Part shown: positions 9,041-18,418 of the stretch, piece after piece
How positions within the stretch are numbered: position 1 is the first letter of the stretch
Layout: every line of letters begins with the position of its first letter
Source of the DNA: an uncultured Microbacterium sp.
Lineage (GTDB): Bacteria; Actinomycetota; Actinomycetes; Actinomycetales; Microbacteriaceae
NCBI RefSeq assembly: GCF_964244775.1
Contig: NZ_CAXTJR010000011.1
Coordinates: 20,751-84,750, forward strand
Reading direction: 5' to 3'
Length of the DNA: 64,000 bases
The notes under the pieces: generated by a model
Database searches by the model: none
Told to the model about the DNA's origin: nothing
The model's input: the letters and a program-made list of their open reading frames with translations, nothing else
Made by a program: the position numbers and the translations under genes

Positions 9041-9982
9041 TCACAACTCGAGGACGAGCCGCTCTCCGACGCATCGCGAGACGCAGATCATCATGACCTC
9101 CGACTCCTCCCTCTCCTTCGCGCTCAGCACGGCGTCGCGGTGGTCGGGCTGTCCTTCCAGCACGAACGTCTCGCAGGTGCCGCAGGTTCCGCCGCGGCAC
9201 GACGACGGAGCCGGCACGCCGGCCTCGGCAACCCGATCGAGGATCGATTCGCCCGGCAGGATCGTCAGCGTGGTGCCGGTGATCGACAGTTCCACGTCGA
9301 ACGGCTGATCCGTGGCATCCACCAGAATGGTGTCGTTGGTGAACCGCTCGACGTGCAGCGCGACATCCGTCCCCGCCACCTCCCGCTCGAGCGCATCGAG
9401 CAGGCGGGAAGGTCCGCACGCATACACGACGGCCCCGGCGGCCTCGTGGACGATGCCGGTCAGCGCCATGCGCTCTCCCTCCGCGCTCACGTATACCCGC
9501 ACCTTGTCGCCGTACCGCGCCAGGTCGGCGCCGAAGGCCATCCTCGACGGCTCGCGGCCGGCATAGTGCAATCGCCAGTCGGCACCGGATGCCTCGGCCG
9601 CCGCGATCATCGGCAGGATCGGCGTTATCCCGATCCCGCCGGCGACGAAGACCATCCGCGGAGCGATCTCGTACCCGAACAGATCGCGGGGCGGCGAGAC
9701 CCGCACGAGCTGGCCCGTGCGGACGTGCGCGTGGAGGTGGCGGCTCCCGCCGAGCCCCTCGTCCTCCCGCAGGACCGCGATCCGATAGGTCGAGCGATCG
9801 GCGGGGTCACCGCAGAGGGAGTACTGGCGGACGAGCCCAGGCTCGCCCGGCCGGTCGATGTGCACATCGATGTGGGCACCTGGCTGCCACTCCGGCAGCG
9901 GCGTGCCCTGCGGGTTGGTCAGCACGAGGCCGGCCACCCCGCTCGCCTCGTCGATGCGCGACGCGACCTGCAGCGTGAGCAT
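9041..9982 (-). CDS. Phthalate-dioxygenase-reductase/VanB-type oxidoreductase (flavin + NAD + C-terminal 2Fe-2S domains)
   Basis: ORF trimmed to MLTLQVASR (cat 9980-9982). Motifs are RQYSL, GGIGITP and CRGGTCGTCE. The start overlaps the DAK stop (TGATG). Confidence 0.85.
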   Translation of the reverse strand: MLTLQVASRIDEASGVAGLVLTNPQGTPLPEWQPGAHIDVHIDRPGEPGLVRQYSLCGDPADRSTYRIAVLREDEGLGGSRHLHAHVRTGQLVRVSPPRDLFGYEIAPRMVFVAGGIGITPILPMIAAAEASGADWRLHYAGREPSRMAFGADLARYGDKVRVYVSAEGERMALTGIVHEAAGAVVYACGPSRLLDALEREVAGTDVALHVERFTNDTILVDATDQPFDVELSITGTTLTILPGESILDRVAEAGVPAPSSCRGGTCGTCETFVLEGQPDHRDAVLSAKEREESEVMMICVSRCVGERLVLEL

Positions 9983-11706
9983 CAGCGCTCCTCTCCCGCG
10001 AGCGCCTGGGCGACCGCGTCGAACTGCAGCGCGATGGCCACCGCTCCCGGGTCGGGAATGCCGACCGCACGCGCCCCGAGGTAGCTGCTGCGACCGAGGC
10101 TCGGGGTGAGCGCCGAGGTCGACTCGGCTCCGGCGTGGGCGGCCCGGGCAGCTCGGCGGGCGCGCTCTGCCCCCGAGGCTCCGTCGGCGGCCCTCAGCGC
10201 ATCGACGGCCGGCTGGAGCGCATCGATCATCGTGCTGTCTCCCGGGGCGGCGCCCCCCACCGACCGCACCCGCGCGCAGCCGGTGGTCACCGCCGCCGAC
10301 CACTCGTCTGCGGTCAGCGACTCCCCGAGACCGGTGACCGCTTCGGCCATGGCCAGCAGGAGGAGGCTGTACAGCGGGCCGGAGGTACCGCCCACCTCGC
10401 GCCGGACGATTTCAGCGACCGCGGTCAGGTAGCGCGCCGTGCCGCGGTGCGCGAGAAGCAGATCGGATGCTGCGACCATTGCTGCGGCGCCACGGGCGAG
10501 GTTCGTCCCGAGGTCTCCGTCACCGACCTGACGGTCGAGGTCGGTCAGCCGCTCCTCCGCGTCGATCAGCGCATGCGCGATCGTCGCGCCGACGGCGTGC
10601 GTGGCCGCGACGTGCGCCGAAACGGCGCCGGTGGCCGGCTCGGACGTCGGGTCGTCGTGTGTCGCCGGGGCGGGCACGACCGTCACCCGGTCGGGGTCCA
10701 GCTGGGGCGTCGACCTCGGGAAGGCCGCGACGAGGGCCACGTCTCCGAGCAGTTCGAGCAGCTCGTCATCGATCGCAGCGACGGTCAGCGATGCGCCGGG
10801 CATGTCGAGGGAGGTGAGGAAGGGCCCTGCCCACGTCATCCGAACGCGGAGGCCGCGCTCGGCGAGCGCGGCGAGCACGTCTGACTGCAGGATCCGCAGA
10901 TCGAGGTCGGGGGTGCCACCCAGCGAATTGACGAGCGCCACGACCTCGGTGCCGGGCGCGAGGTCGCGGTCGGCGACGATCACCTCCACCAGGCGCCGAG
11001 CGATCTGCGCAGAGGGAACGAGCGCACCCAGTTCGACGCCCGCTTCACCGTGGATGCCCAGACCCCATTCGATCTCCGATGCGTCGAGGCTGAAGTTGGG
11101 CGCATCGGAGCCGGGCAGGTAACAGGGCCCGAGCGCGACCCCCATGGTCGCGGCGCCGCCGAGGAAGCGCTCGACGGTCTCGACGATGCGCCCCAGCGTC
11201 CATCCCCGCTCCGCGGCGGCCCCCGCGATCTTGTGGACGAGCACCGTGGCGGTCAGGCCCCGGCGACCGGCACGGGACGCGTCGCCCAGCGCCGCGTCGT
11301 CCGCGACGACCACCATCTCGACCGGGATGCCGGCGGCACGGGCCATCTCGGCAGCCAGGCCGAAGTTCAACCGGTCGCCGGTGTAGTTCTTGACGATCAG
11401 CAGCACACCGGCGCTCGTCGCCGACGCGAGGATCGCCGCGAACACCGCATCGACGGAGGGCGACGTGAAGATCGGCCCCAGGACGGCGGCATCCAGCATC
11501 CCGGTCCCGACGTACCCGGCATGCGCGGGCTCGTTCCCGGATCCGCCGCCCGACACCACGGCGACACGGTCGGCGGGCTTGCGGGATCCCGGAGAGCGGA
11601 CGACGATCGGGAGTCCGTCCACGCGCGCGAGGTGCGGGGTGCCGGCGACCAGTCCGGCGATGTAGTCCTCGACGACCACATCCGGAGCGTTGATGATCTT
11701 CTTCAT
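9982..11706 (-). CDS. Dihydroxyacetone kinase family protein, fused DhaK-DhaL (ATP-dependent DAK/ketose kinase type)
   Basis: 574 aa. The N-terminus is MKKIINAPDVVVEDYIAGL... with GGGSGNEPAHAGYVG and VKNYTGDRLNF. The C-terminal DhaL-like half contains DRQVGDGDLGTN. Confidence 0.85.
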   Translation of the reverse strand: MKKIINAPDVVVEDYIAGLVAGTPHLARVDGLPIVVRSPGSRKPADRVAVVSGGGSGNEPAHAGYVGTGMLDAAVLGPIFTSPSVDAVFAAILASATSAGVLLIVKNYTGDRLNFGLAAEMARAAGIPVEMVVVADDAALGDASRAGRRGLTATVLVHKIAGAAAERGWTLGRIVETVERFLGGAATMGVALGPCYLPGSDAPNFSLDASEIEWGLGIHGEAGVELGALVPSAQIARRLVEVIVADRDLAPGTEVVALVNSLGGTPDLDLRILQSDVLAALAERGLRVRMTWAGPFLTSLDMPGASLTVAAIDDELLELLGDVALVAAFPRSTPQLDPDRVTVVPAPATHDDPTSEPATGAVSAHVAATHAVGATIAHALIDAEERLTDLDRQVGDGDLGTNLARGAAAMVAASDLLLAHRGTARYLTAVAEIVRREVGGTSGPLYSLLLLAMAEAVTGLGESLTADEWSAAVTTGCARVRSVGGAAPGDSTMIDALQPAVDALRAADGASGAERARRAARAAHAGAESTSALTPSLGRSSYLGARAVGIPDPGAVAIALQFDAVAQALAGEER

Positions 11707-11730
11707 GGCGCGAGGCGATCTCTCGAACGG

Positions 11731-12933
11731 CTATCGGAGGGTCACGCGAACGGGCAGCGCTTCGAAGCCGCGGAGCCAGTTGGAGTAGAACGGGACCGGC
11801 TCTCCGGCGAGCTCGATGGTCTGGACGCGCCGGGCGAGGGCCGAGAGCAGACACGACGCCTCCATGCGCGCCATCATCTGACCGACGCAGCCGTGGATGC
11901 CGGTGCCGAAGGCCAGGTGGCCGCTCGCATCGCGGGTGATGTCGTACTCATCCGGGTCGGTCCACCGTCGCGGGTCGCGGTTGGCAGCGCCCAGCGCCAT
12001 GATGACCTTCTCTCCCTCCCCGATCGAGGTGCCCGCGAGGTCGGTCGCGCACGCCGTCGTGCGCCCGATGTACGGGCTCGGCGGATTCCAGCGCAGTGCC
12101 TCCTCGAACGCCTTCCGTGCGAGCGCCGGATCGTCGCGCAGCGCCGACCATGCGTCCGGGTTCTCGGCGAGCGCTTTGAGGGCGAACTGGATGCCGAACA
12201 CGGTGGTGTCGATGCCCGCCGACAGAAACGTCCGCACCAGCATCCCCGCGTCTTCCTCGCTGATCTCACCTGCGTCCACGTACCCGTAGATCGTCTGGCC
12301 GAGGCCGCCCGGCGCGAGCGCGTCGCGACGCATCTGCCAGTTCACGAACGCGGATGCCTCCTCCGCGGCAGCGACAGCGGCGTCGTAGAACTCGTTGTGC
12401 GGCCCCATCGCCTGGAAGTTCAGGTTCGAGTACGGCAGCAGGTGCCGACGGCCTTCCGGCGCCACGCCGACGGCGTCGGGGAGAACCGTCAGCGGGAACG
12501 TCTCGGCGAGGTCGGCCGCGTCGAACTCACCTGCGCCCACGACCGAGTCCACGAGGTCGTCGGCCTGCCGTTGGAAGTCTTCGGTGAGTCGGCGCACGAC
12601 GCGCTGACTGAGGATCGAGGTCATCACCCGGCGGTACTTCGTGTGCCCGGGCGGATCGTTCTCGAGGATCACGCTGGGCGTCCGCCAGTTCTCGGACTTC
12701 TTGGTGTTGGTGAGCCCCGTGCCCGCGGACGACTCGAAGGTCTCGTAGTCACGGAAGACCTGCTCGACGATCTCGTGGCGTCCGGTGAACCAGACCCCGT
12801 ACTGCGGGCTCCACACCACGGCGGCCGTCTCGCGGATCGCGGTGTCGACGGCGGTCGGGTCGCTCAGCCCCGCACGGGAGAAGGGATCGACCCCCAGGAT
12901 CGCGGGGCCGCGCACGGCGGTGGGTCGGCTCAT
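11731..12933 (-). CDS. Cytochrome P450, CYP199-like (para-methoxybenzoate-type O-demethylase candidate)
   Basis: Heme loop is FGTGIHGCVGQ and ExxR is EEALRW. The C-terminal stretch SALARRVQTIELAGEPVPFYSNWLRGFEALPVRV resembles my recollection of CYP199A4. GAGGGAG lies upstream of ATG 12933. Confidence 0.85.
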   Translation of the reverse strand: MSRPTAVRGPAILGVDPFSRAGLSDPTAVDTAIRETAAVVWSPQYGVWFTGRHEIVEQVFRDYETFESSAGTGLTNTKKSENWRTPSVILENDPPGHTKYRRVMTSILSQRVVRRLTEDFQRQADDLVDSVVGAGEFDAADLAETFPLTVLPDAVGVAPEGRRHLLPYSNLNFQAMGPHNEFYDAAVAAAEEASAFVNWQMRRDALAPGGLGQTIYGYVDAGEISEEDAGMLVRTFLSAGIDTTVFGIQFALKALAENPDAWSALRDDPALARKAFEEALRWNPPSPYIGRTTACATDLAGTSIGEGEKVIMALGAANRDPRRWTDPDEYDITRDASGHLAFGTGIHGCVGQMMARMEASCLLSALARRVQTIELAGEPVPFYSNWLRGFEALPVRVTLR

Positions 12934-12966
12934 GATGAACTCCCTCTTTCGATCGCCGGGCGAACG

Positions 12967-14466
12967 CTAAAGCGGGTACTGTCCCGGCTCGCGGCGCATC
13001 GTGATCCACCGGGTGTCGGTGAACGCGTCGATGTTGGCCTGCGCTCCCCCGTGGCGCGACCCCGTGCCCGACGAGCCGGTGCCGCCGAACGGGGCGTTGG
13101 CCTCGTCGTTGACCGTCTGATCGTTGATGTGCACGATCCCGGTCGGGATGCGCTGGGCGAGGGCGAGCCCCGCGAACACGTCGGCGGTGACGATTCCGAG
13201 CGCGAGTCCGTACTCGGTGTCGGCGGCGAGGGCGGCGGCTTCGTCGTCGGTGGCGAAGGAGACGACCGATGCCACGGGGCCGAAGACCTCTTCGGCGTAG
13301 GCCGTGGCATCCTTCGGCGTGTTCGCCAGCACGGTCGGACGATAGAAGAGCTGGTCGTAGGTTCCGCCTGCGCGGAGCTCGGCGCCTTGCGCGACAGCAT
13401 CCTGCACGAGGGTGTGTACACGATCGCGCTGCACCTCGTCGATCAGCGGCCCGAGATGCACCTGGCCGGCCGCGGGGTCGCCGACGTGCATCGATTCGGC
13501 CTTCGCCGCGAGCTTGGTGACGTACTCGTCGAAGAGCGACTCGTGCACGATGTGCCGGCCGACGGTCATGCAGATCTGGCCCTGGTGCAGGAACGAGCCC
13601 CACGTCGCCAGGTTGACGGCCTTGTCGACATCGGCGTCGGCGCGGATGATGTACGCCGAGTTGCCGCCGAGCTCGAGGTGCACGCGGGTCAGGTGGCGCG
13701 CCGCGACCTCGCCGACAGCGCGACCGGCCCGAGTGGATCCGGTGAATGCGACGACACGGACTCGCGGGTCTGCGACGATCGCCTCGCCGACATCGGCGCC
13801 GCCGGGTACGAGCTGCAGCAGCCCGGCCGGCAGGCCCGCCTCCTGGAAGATCCGCACGAACGACACTCCGCCGGTGATGACCGTGCGCGGGTCGGGCTTG
13901 AGCAGCACGGCGTTGCCGAGCGCGAGCGCCGGCGCCACGGCGCGGATCGCGAGGATCAGGGGCACGTTGAACGGTGCGATGACGCCGACGACGCCGACGG
14001 GAACCTGCTGAGCGAGCGAGAGTCGCGGTTCTTCGCTGGCCAGGATGGATCCGAGCGGTGCCGACGGCAGCGCGGCGGCCTCATAGGTCTCGGCGGCCGT
14101 CACGTGCAGCGCGAAGCCGGCGAGCGGCGGGATCGCCCCGACCTCACGGATGTTCCAGCCGCCGATCTCGTCGGCGTACTGCTCCCACAGCTGGCCGGCC
14201 TTGCGCAGGACCGCGGCGCGGGCGGGGTGCGGCAGGGCTGCCCACTCCTTCTGCGCCCGCGCCGCGCCCTCCGCAGCGCGCGCGACATCCGCGGGATCCG
14301 CAATGCCCACCATCGCGAGCGTCTCGCCCGTCGCGGGCTCGACCGAGGCGACCTCGCCGCCGCCTCCGACGACCCATTCGCCGTCGATGAAGATCTTGCC
14401 GGCGAACACCGCCGGGTCGATCAGCGTGTCGGTCATGGTGTCTTTCGTCTGGATCGCGGTGCTCAT
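12967..14466 (-). CDS. Aryl-aldehyde (benzaldehyde/vanillin-type) dehydrogenase, ALDH superfamily
   Basis: 499 aa. AAGGAG lies 6 nt upstream of ATG 14466. Motifs are ELGGNS and HQGQICMTVGR. Confidence 0.85.
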   Translation of the reverse strand: MSTAIQTKDTMTDTLIDPAVFAGKIFIDGEWVVGGGGEVASVEPATGETLAMVGIADPADVARAAEGAARAQKEWAALPHPARAAVLRKAGQLWEQYADEIGGWNIREVGAIPPLAGFALHVTAAETYEAAALPSAPLGSILASEEPRLSLAQQVPVGVVGVIAPFNVPLILAIRAVAPALALGNAVLLKPDPRTVITGGVSFVRIFQEAGLPAGLLQLVPGGADVGEAIVADPRVRVVAFTGSTRAGRAVGEVAARHLTRVHLELGGNSAYIIRADADVDKAVNLATWGSFLHQGQICMTVGRHIVHESLFDEYVTKLAAKAESMHVGDPAAGQVHLGPLIDEVQRDRVHTLVQDAVAQGAELRAGGTYDQLFYRPTVLANTPKDATAYAEEVFGPVASVVSFATDDEAAALAADTEYGLALGIVTADVFAGLALAQRIPTGIVHINDQTVNDEANAPFGGTGSSGTGSRHGGAQANIDAFTDTRWITMRREPGQYPL

Positions 14467-14508
14467 GAGGACTCCTTCGTCGGATGCTGTCGGGGATGTT
14501 CGTGGGGT

Positions 14509-15435
14509 TCAGGCTGAGGTGCTGCGGGCGAGCCGCTGCGCGCGGCGCCCGACCGTACTGGCGGTCCAGCCGCGCTGGATGACCCGCATCGCGTCGGCCG
14601 TCAGCTCGGCTCCATCGTCATACGGTGAGCGCCAGATGGCCAGCATGTCGGCGGCCGGCGCGGGCAGCACCGAGCGCGAGAACGCCTCGACGCCCCACCG
14701 CCCTGCGTAGCCGTCGTCGAGCGCGGACCGGACGATGTCGGCGACGTCCACGGCGCCGGTGCTCAGCATCCCCCGCCCCGACTGACCCAGCTCGAGGTAG
14801 GCGAGCTTCGGAAGGGCGAGCCGGACGGCAGCAGCGATGTCGGCTTCTTCGATCGCCATATGGAAGGTGTCGAGATGGATGCTGAGATTGGCCGACCCGC
14901 TCAGCTCGACGAACGCCAGAGCCTGCGCCGCGGTGTTCAGAAGGGAGGTCTCGTAGCGGTTGAGCACCTCGAACGTCATCGTGATGCCGCGATCGTGGGC
15001 GTAATCGGCGACCGCGCCCACCTCGCGAGCAGCGCGCTCCACCGCCGCCGGCGAGGTCGGGCCGCCCGGCGCCCCGAAGGGTCCGTACGGCACGCCGTTC
15101 ATCTGATCACCGCCGAGTTCGACCGTCAGATCGACGACGGCGCGCAGGAGTGCTGCGCCTGCCGCACGCTCGGCCGCGTCAGCCGACGACACGTCCGCCG
15201 CCCCCGCCTGTCCGCCGGCGATCGTGATGGGTGCGACGGCCCGGTCGGCGAAGATGCGGCGAAGGGTCGCAGCATCCGTCGCCGCAGGGTCCAGCGGAGG
15301 CAGGACCACCCGCGAGTAGCCCTGCGCCGCGAGCACCTCGAGCGCGGAGGCCAGGGCGGTCGGCGTCGCGTCGGGCAGCAGCACGTTGATGTGTGCGGCC
15401 ACATCAAGGTGCGGAATGAGCGATTCGAGTGTCAT
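14509..15435 (-). CDS. Xylose-isomerase-like TIM-barrel protein (ketose 3-epimerase / sugar-phosphate isomerase family)
   Basis: 308 aa. FEVLNRYETSLLNTAAQALAFVE and HLDTFHM resemble tagatose/psicose 3-epimerase motifs. Confidence 0.7.
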   Translation of the reverse strand: MTLESLIPHLDVAAHINVLLPDATPTALASALEVLAAQGYSRVVLPPLDPAATDAATLRRIFADRAVAPITIAGGQAGAADVSSADAAERAAGAALLRAVVDLTVELGGDQMNGVPYGPFGAPGGPTSPAAVERAAREVGAVADYAHDRGITMTFEVLNRYETSLLNTAAQALAFVELSGSANLSIHLDTFHMAIEEADIAAAVRLALPKLAYLELGQSGRGMLSTGAVDVADIVRSALDDGYAGRWGVEAFSRSVLPAPAADMLAIWRSPYDDGAELTADAMRVIQRGWTASTVGRRAQRLARSTSA

Positions 15436-15448
15436 GCGCGTGCTCGGG

Positions 15449-16231
15449 TCAGAACGTCGGCAGGTCGAGGCGCTGCTTGTATGCCGAATAGCCGTCGTCC
15501 ACGTGCACGACCGTTCCGTTGATCACGTTGGATTCGTCGGAGGCGAGGAAGGCGACCACGTCGGCGATCTCCTCCGGAGCGGTCATCTTGCCCCGCAGCT
15601 GCTCGGACGCGAACAGCGCGCGGAGTTCTTCGCTGAACTGGTTGATGATCGGCGTCGACACGCGCCCGGGGGTGATCGCGACGGCGCGGACGCCGAATTC
15701 GGCGAGTTCGTACGCCGCCGATCGGGTGAAGGAGATCACGGCGGCCTTCGCGGCACTGTAGGTGAACGAGAGCTCGGCGGCCTGCTCGCCATAGATCGAC
15801 GAGGTGCTGATGATGACGCCGCCGGTGCCCTGGTCGCGGAACTGCCGGCCCGCGGCGAGGATGCCGTAGTACACGCCGTCCTGGTCGATGCGGATGAGGG
15901 GGGCGTAGTCGACCTCGGGGTCGTGGTCGAGCAGGGGCTTGCCGCCCGCGATGCCCGCATTGTTGAAGATCACGTCGAGCTTTCCGAAGACCGAGACCGC
16001 GCGCGCCACCGCCGCCTCGACCTCGCTGAACACCGCGACGTTCACGCCGACCGCGGCGACGCTGCCCTCGAAGCCCTCGCCCGAGATCTCGTCAGCGGCG
16101 GCCTGCGCCTGACCCAGGTTGATGTCGGCGATCATGACCTTGGCGCCCTCGCGGACGAACTTCCGTACCGTGGCGAGACCGATACCGCTTGCTCCGCCGG
16201 TGATGAGCGCGACTTTCCCGTCGAGACGCAT
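15449..16231 (-). CDS. Short-chain dehydrogenase/reductase (SDR)
   Basis: TGGASGIG, NNAG and YSAAK motifs. Confidence 0.85.
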   Translation of the reverse strand: MRLDGKVALITGGASGIGLATVRKFVREGAKVMIADINLGQAQAAADEISGEGFEGSVAAVGVNVAVFSEVEAAVARAVSVFGKLDVIFNNAGIAGGKPLLDHDPEVDYAPLIRIDQDGVYYGILAAGRQFRDQGTGGVIISTSSIYGEQAAELSFTYSAAKAAVISFTRSAAYELAEFGVRAVAITPGRVSTPIINQFSEELRALFASEQLRGKMTAPEEIADVVAFLASDESNVINGTVVHVDDGYSAYKQRLDLPTF

Positions 16232-16284
16232 GGGTGTTCCTGTTCCTGGAGAGTGTGTGTGCAGCGAAAGTGGAGGGTGGCGGA

Positions 16285-16306
16285 GGCGGATGCCGGAGCA
16301 TCCGCC
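16285..16306 (-). terminator. Stem-loop GGCGGATGC cgga GCATCCGCC just downstream of the solute-binding-protein gene (attenuator or mRNA-stabilising hairpin)
   Basis: Read directly. It is a 9-bp GC-rich stem with a 4-nt loop, followed on the minus strand by a weak CUUUCG tract. Confidence 0.35.
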
Positions 16307-16326
16307 CCCACCGGTGTTGCAGAAGG

Positions 16327-17322
16327 TCAGAGCTTGTCGGACGGCGTGGTCTGGGCCGCGTTGTCCTTGTTCACGAGCGTCACGTCGACGGCGACGAAGT
16401 TCTCCGCCGGCATCGCGCCGTCCTTCTGGTAGGCCTGCACGTCCGTGACGAGCATGTCGAGCACCTTCGGCCAGGGCTGGTCGATCGTGCCGAGCATGTT
16501 CCCGCCGGCCTCGATCGACGCGAGCGTCTCCGCGAGAGCGTCGACCCCTGTCACCGGTGCGGACGAGCCGCCCTCCGACAGGCCTTGTGCGGCGCCGAGC
16601 GCGGCGTCGTCCCAGCCCGCCCAGACGGCGTCAAGGCCGTCGGGGTTGGCCGAGAGGTAGTCGGAGACGAAGTTCAGCGCCTCGGTGCGACCCGTCGCCG
16701 GGTTGGTCACCTGCTGCGGCGCGCCGCCGACCACGGTGGCCCCGGCGGCCTCGAACGCCTTCACCGCGAGCGCGGAGCGCAGCCGGATACCGGCGTGCGG
16801 GTCGTGACCGATGACCATCACGGTCTTGCCCTTGAGGCTGCCGATCGACGTGTCGATCGCGTCGACCGTCTTGTCGACGATCTGCTGCTGGTTGGTGGTG
16901 ATGTTCGTGACGAAGGCGTCGGTGGCCTCGGTGCCCGCATCCATCGAGAAGATCGGGATGTCGGCATCCTTCGCCGCCGAGACGATCGACCCGATCGACG
17001 ACACGTCGGTGTACCCGTCGAGGATGACGTCAGCGCCCTGCCCGATCGCGCTCTCGACGGCGGGGTTCATCTTCTGGAAGTCGAAGTCGCCCTGGATCAT
17101 CGTGAGATCCCAGCCGAGCTCGGCCGCCTTCGCGGTGACGGCCTTGACCCACCATGCTCCGACCGGAGTCTGGTTGCCGGAAGTGAACGCGATGACCTTG
17201 AACGGCTCGTCGCCGGTGCCGCCGCTGCTGCCGCCGGAGCCCGAGCCCCCGCTCGAGCACCCCGTCAGCGCGAGAGCGGCCGCGACGGCGACCGCCGCGG
17301 CGATCTTGAAGTTGGTACGCAT
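16327..17322 (-). CDS. Sugar ABC transporter substrate-binding lipoprotein (RbsB-like)
   Basis: Lipobox LALTGCSS follows a signal peptide. The rest is a periplasmic-binding-protein type I pattern. Confidence 0.85.
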   Translation of the reverse strand: MRTNFKIAAAVAVAAALALTGCSSGGSGSGGSSGGTGDEPFKVIAFTSGNQTPVGAWWVKAVTAKAAELGWDLTMIQGDFDFQKMNPAVESAIGQGADVILDGYTDVSSIGSIVSAAKDADIPIFSMDAGTEATDAFVTNITTNQQQIVDKTVDAIDTSIGSLKGKTVMVIGHDPHAGIRLRSALAVKAFEAAGATVVGGAPQQVTNPATGRTEALNFVSDYLSANPDGLDAVWAGWDDAALGAAQGLSEGGSSAPVTGVDALAETLASIEAGGNMLGTIDQPWPKVLDMLVTDVQAYQKDGAMPAENFVAVDVTLVNKDNAAQTTPSDKL

Positions 17323-17428
17323 GTGTTACTCCTCTGTGTGAATGCGTTCGTGATTCTTGGGTTTGCTTGCTTCTTGCTTCTCGGTGCGCACGCGGGCGGT
17401 GGCCGCCTGGCGCTCAGCGGGGCGCGGG

Positions 17429-18418
17429 TTATCGCTCCCGCGTCTTGAGGCCCGACAGGACGACGGCCAGGATGATGATGATCCCGGTCACCACCTGTTG
17501 GACGTAGGCGTTCACGCCCAGGATGTTCAGCCCGTTGCTCATGACGCCGATGATGGCGACGCCGATCATCGTGCCGCCGAGGTTCGCCGCCCCTGAGCGG
17601 ATCACGGTCATGCCCAGGAAGACCGCGGCGACCGAGAACAGGGTGTTGTCGCCGCCCTGCTCGGCAGCCGCGCTGCCGAGCCGCGCGGCGAGCAGGATGC
17701 CGCCGATCGCGGAGATGAATCCGGCCATGGTGAAGGCGAGCAGGCGCGCCCAGCGCACATTGACGCCGGAGAGCCGGGCGACCTCCTCATTCCCGCCGAT
17801 CGCGTGCAGGCGCCGCCCCAGAGTCGTGAAGCGCAGCAGCGCCCAGATCAGCACCGAGATCACCACCGCGAAGTACACCGGAAGCGGGACGTTGAGGAAC
17901 TTGCCCTGACCCAGTTCGTTGAACGGGGCCGGCATGCCGAAGACCGTTGTGCCGCCGGTGACCAGATAGGCCAAGCCGATGACGGAGGTCATCGTGGCCA
18001 GTGTCGCGATGAACGCGGAGAGCCTAAGGTAGGCGATCAGCACGCCGTTGACCAGGCCCACCAGGAGTCCGACCGCCAGGCCCGCCAAGATGGCCATCGG
18101 CAGGGGGTTGTCGCCGAGCAGGAGCGCTGCGGTGACCGCGCCGGCGAGACTCGAGGTGGCGCCCACCGACAGGTCGAAGTCGCCGACGACCATCACGATG
18201 GTCTGCGCCCCCGCGATGATCGCCAGGATCGAGATCTGGTAGAGGATGTTCCGGACGTTCACGAACGACAGGAATGTGTCGGGTCGCATCGCGAAGAAGA
18301 AGAGGATGAGCAGGATCAGCGCCACGATCGTGCCACTCTGCACGAGCGCGCGGCCGGCCGTCCGCGACTGCTGGGCGATGATCGTCCCCGTCCGCGTCGG
18401 CTCCTTCTGAATCGTCAT
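17429..18418 (-). CDS. Sugar ABC transporter permease (RbsC-like)
   Basis: 329 aa, polytopic. There is a 4-nt overlap with the ATPase gene. Confidence 0.85.
   Translation of the reverse strand: MTIQKEPTRTGTIIAQQSRTAGRALVQSGTIVALILLILFFFAMRPDTFLSFVNVRNILYQISILAIIAGAQTIVMVVGDFDLSVGATSSLAGAVTAALLLGDNPLPMAILAGLAVGLLVGLVNGVLIAYLRLSAFIATLATMTSVIGLAYLVTGGTTVFGMPAPFNELGQGKFLNVPLPVYFAVVISVLIWALLRFTTLGRRLHAIGGNEEVARLSGVNVRWARLLAFTMAGFISAIGGILLAARLGSAAAEQGGDNTLFSVAAVFLGMTVIRSGAANLGGTMIGVAIIGVMSNGLNILGVNAYVQQVVTGIIIILAVVLSGLKTRER

Noticed and set aside
11050-14517. 1155-aa plus-strand ORF (similar cases: 28222..30813, 24897..27071, 4412..6310, 5859..7688, 54187..56067, 59528..61216, and 32713..34917 upstream of 33360)
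   Set aside because: All are antisense to genes with clear family motifs. Their translations are R/G/A/D/V-rich with no recognisable domains. These are a high-GC reading-frame artefact.
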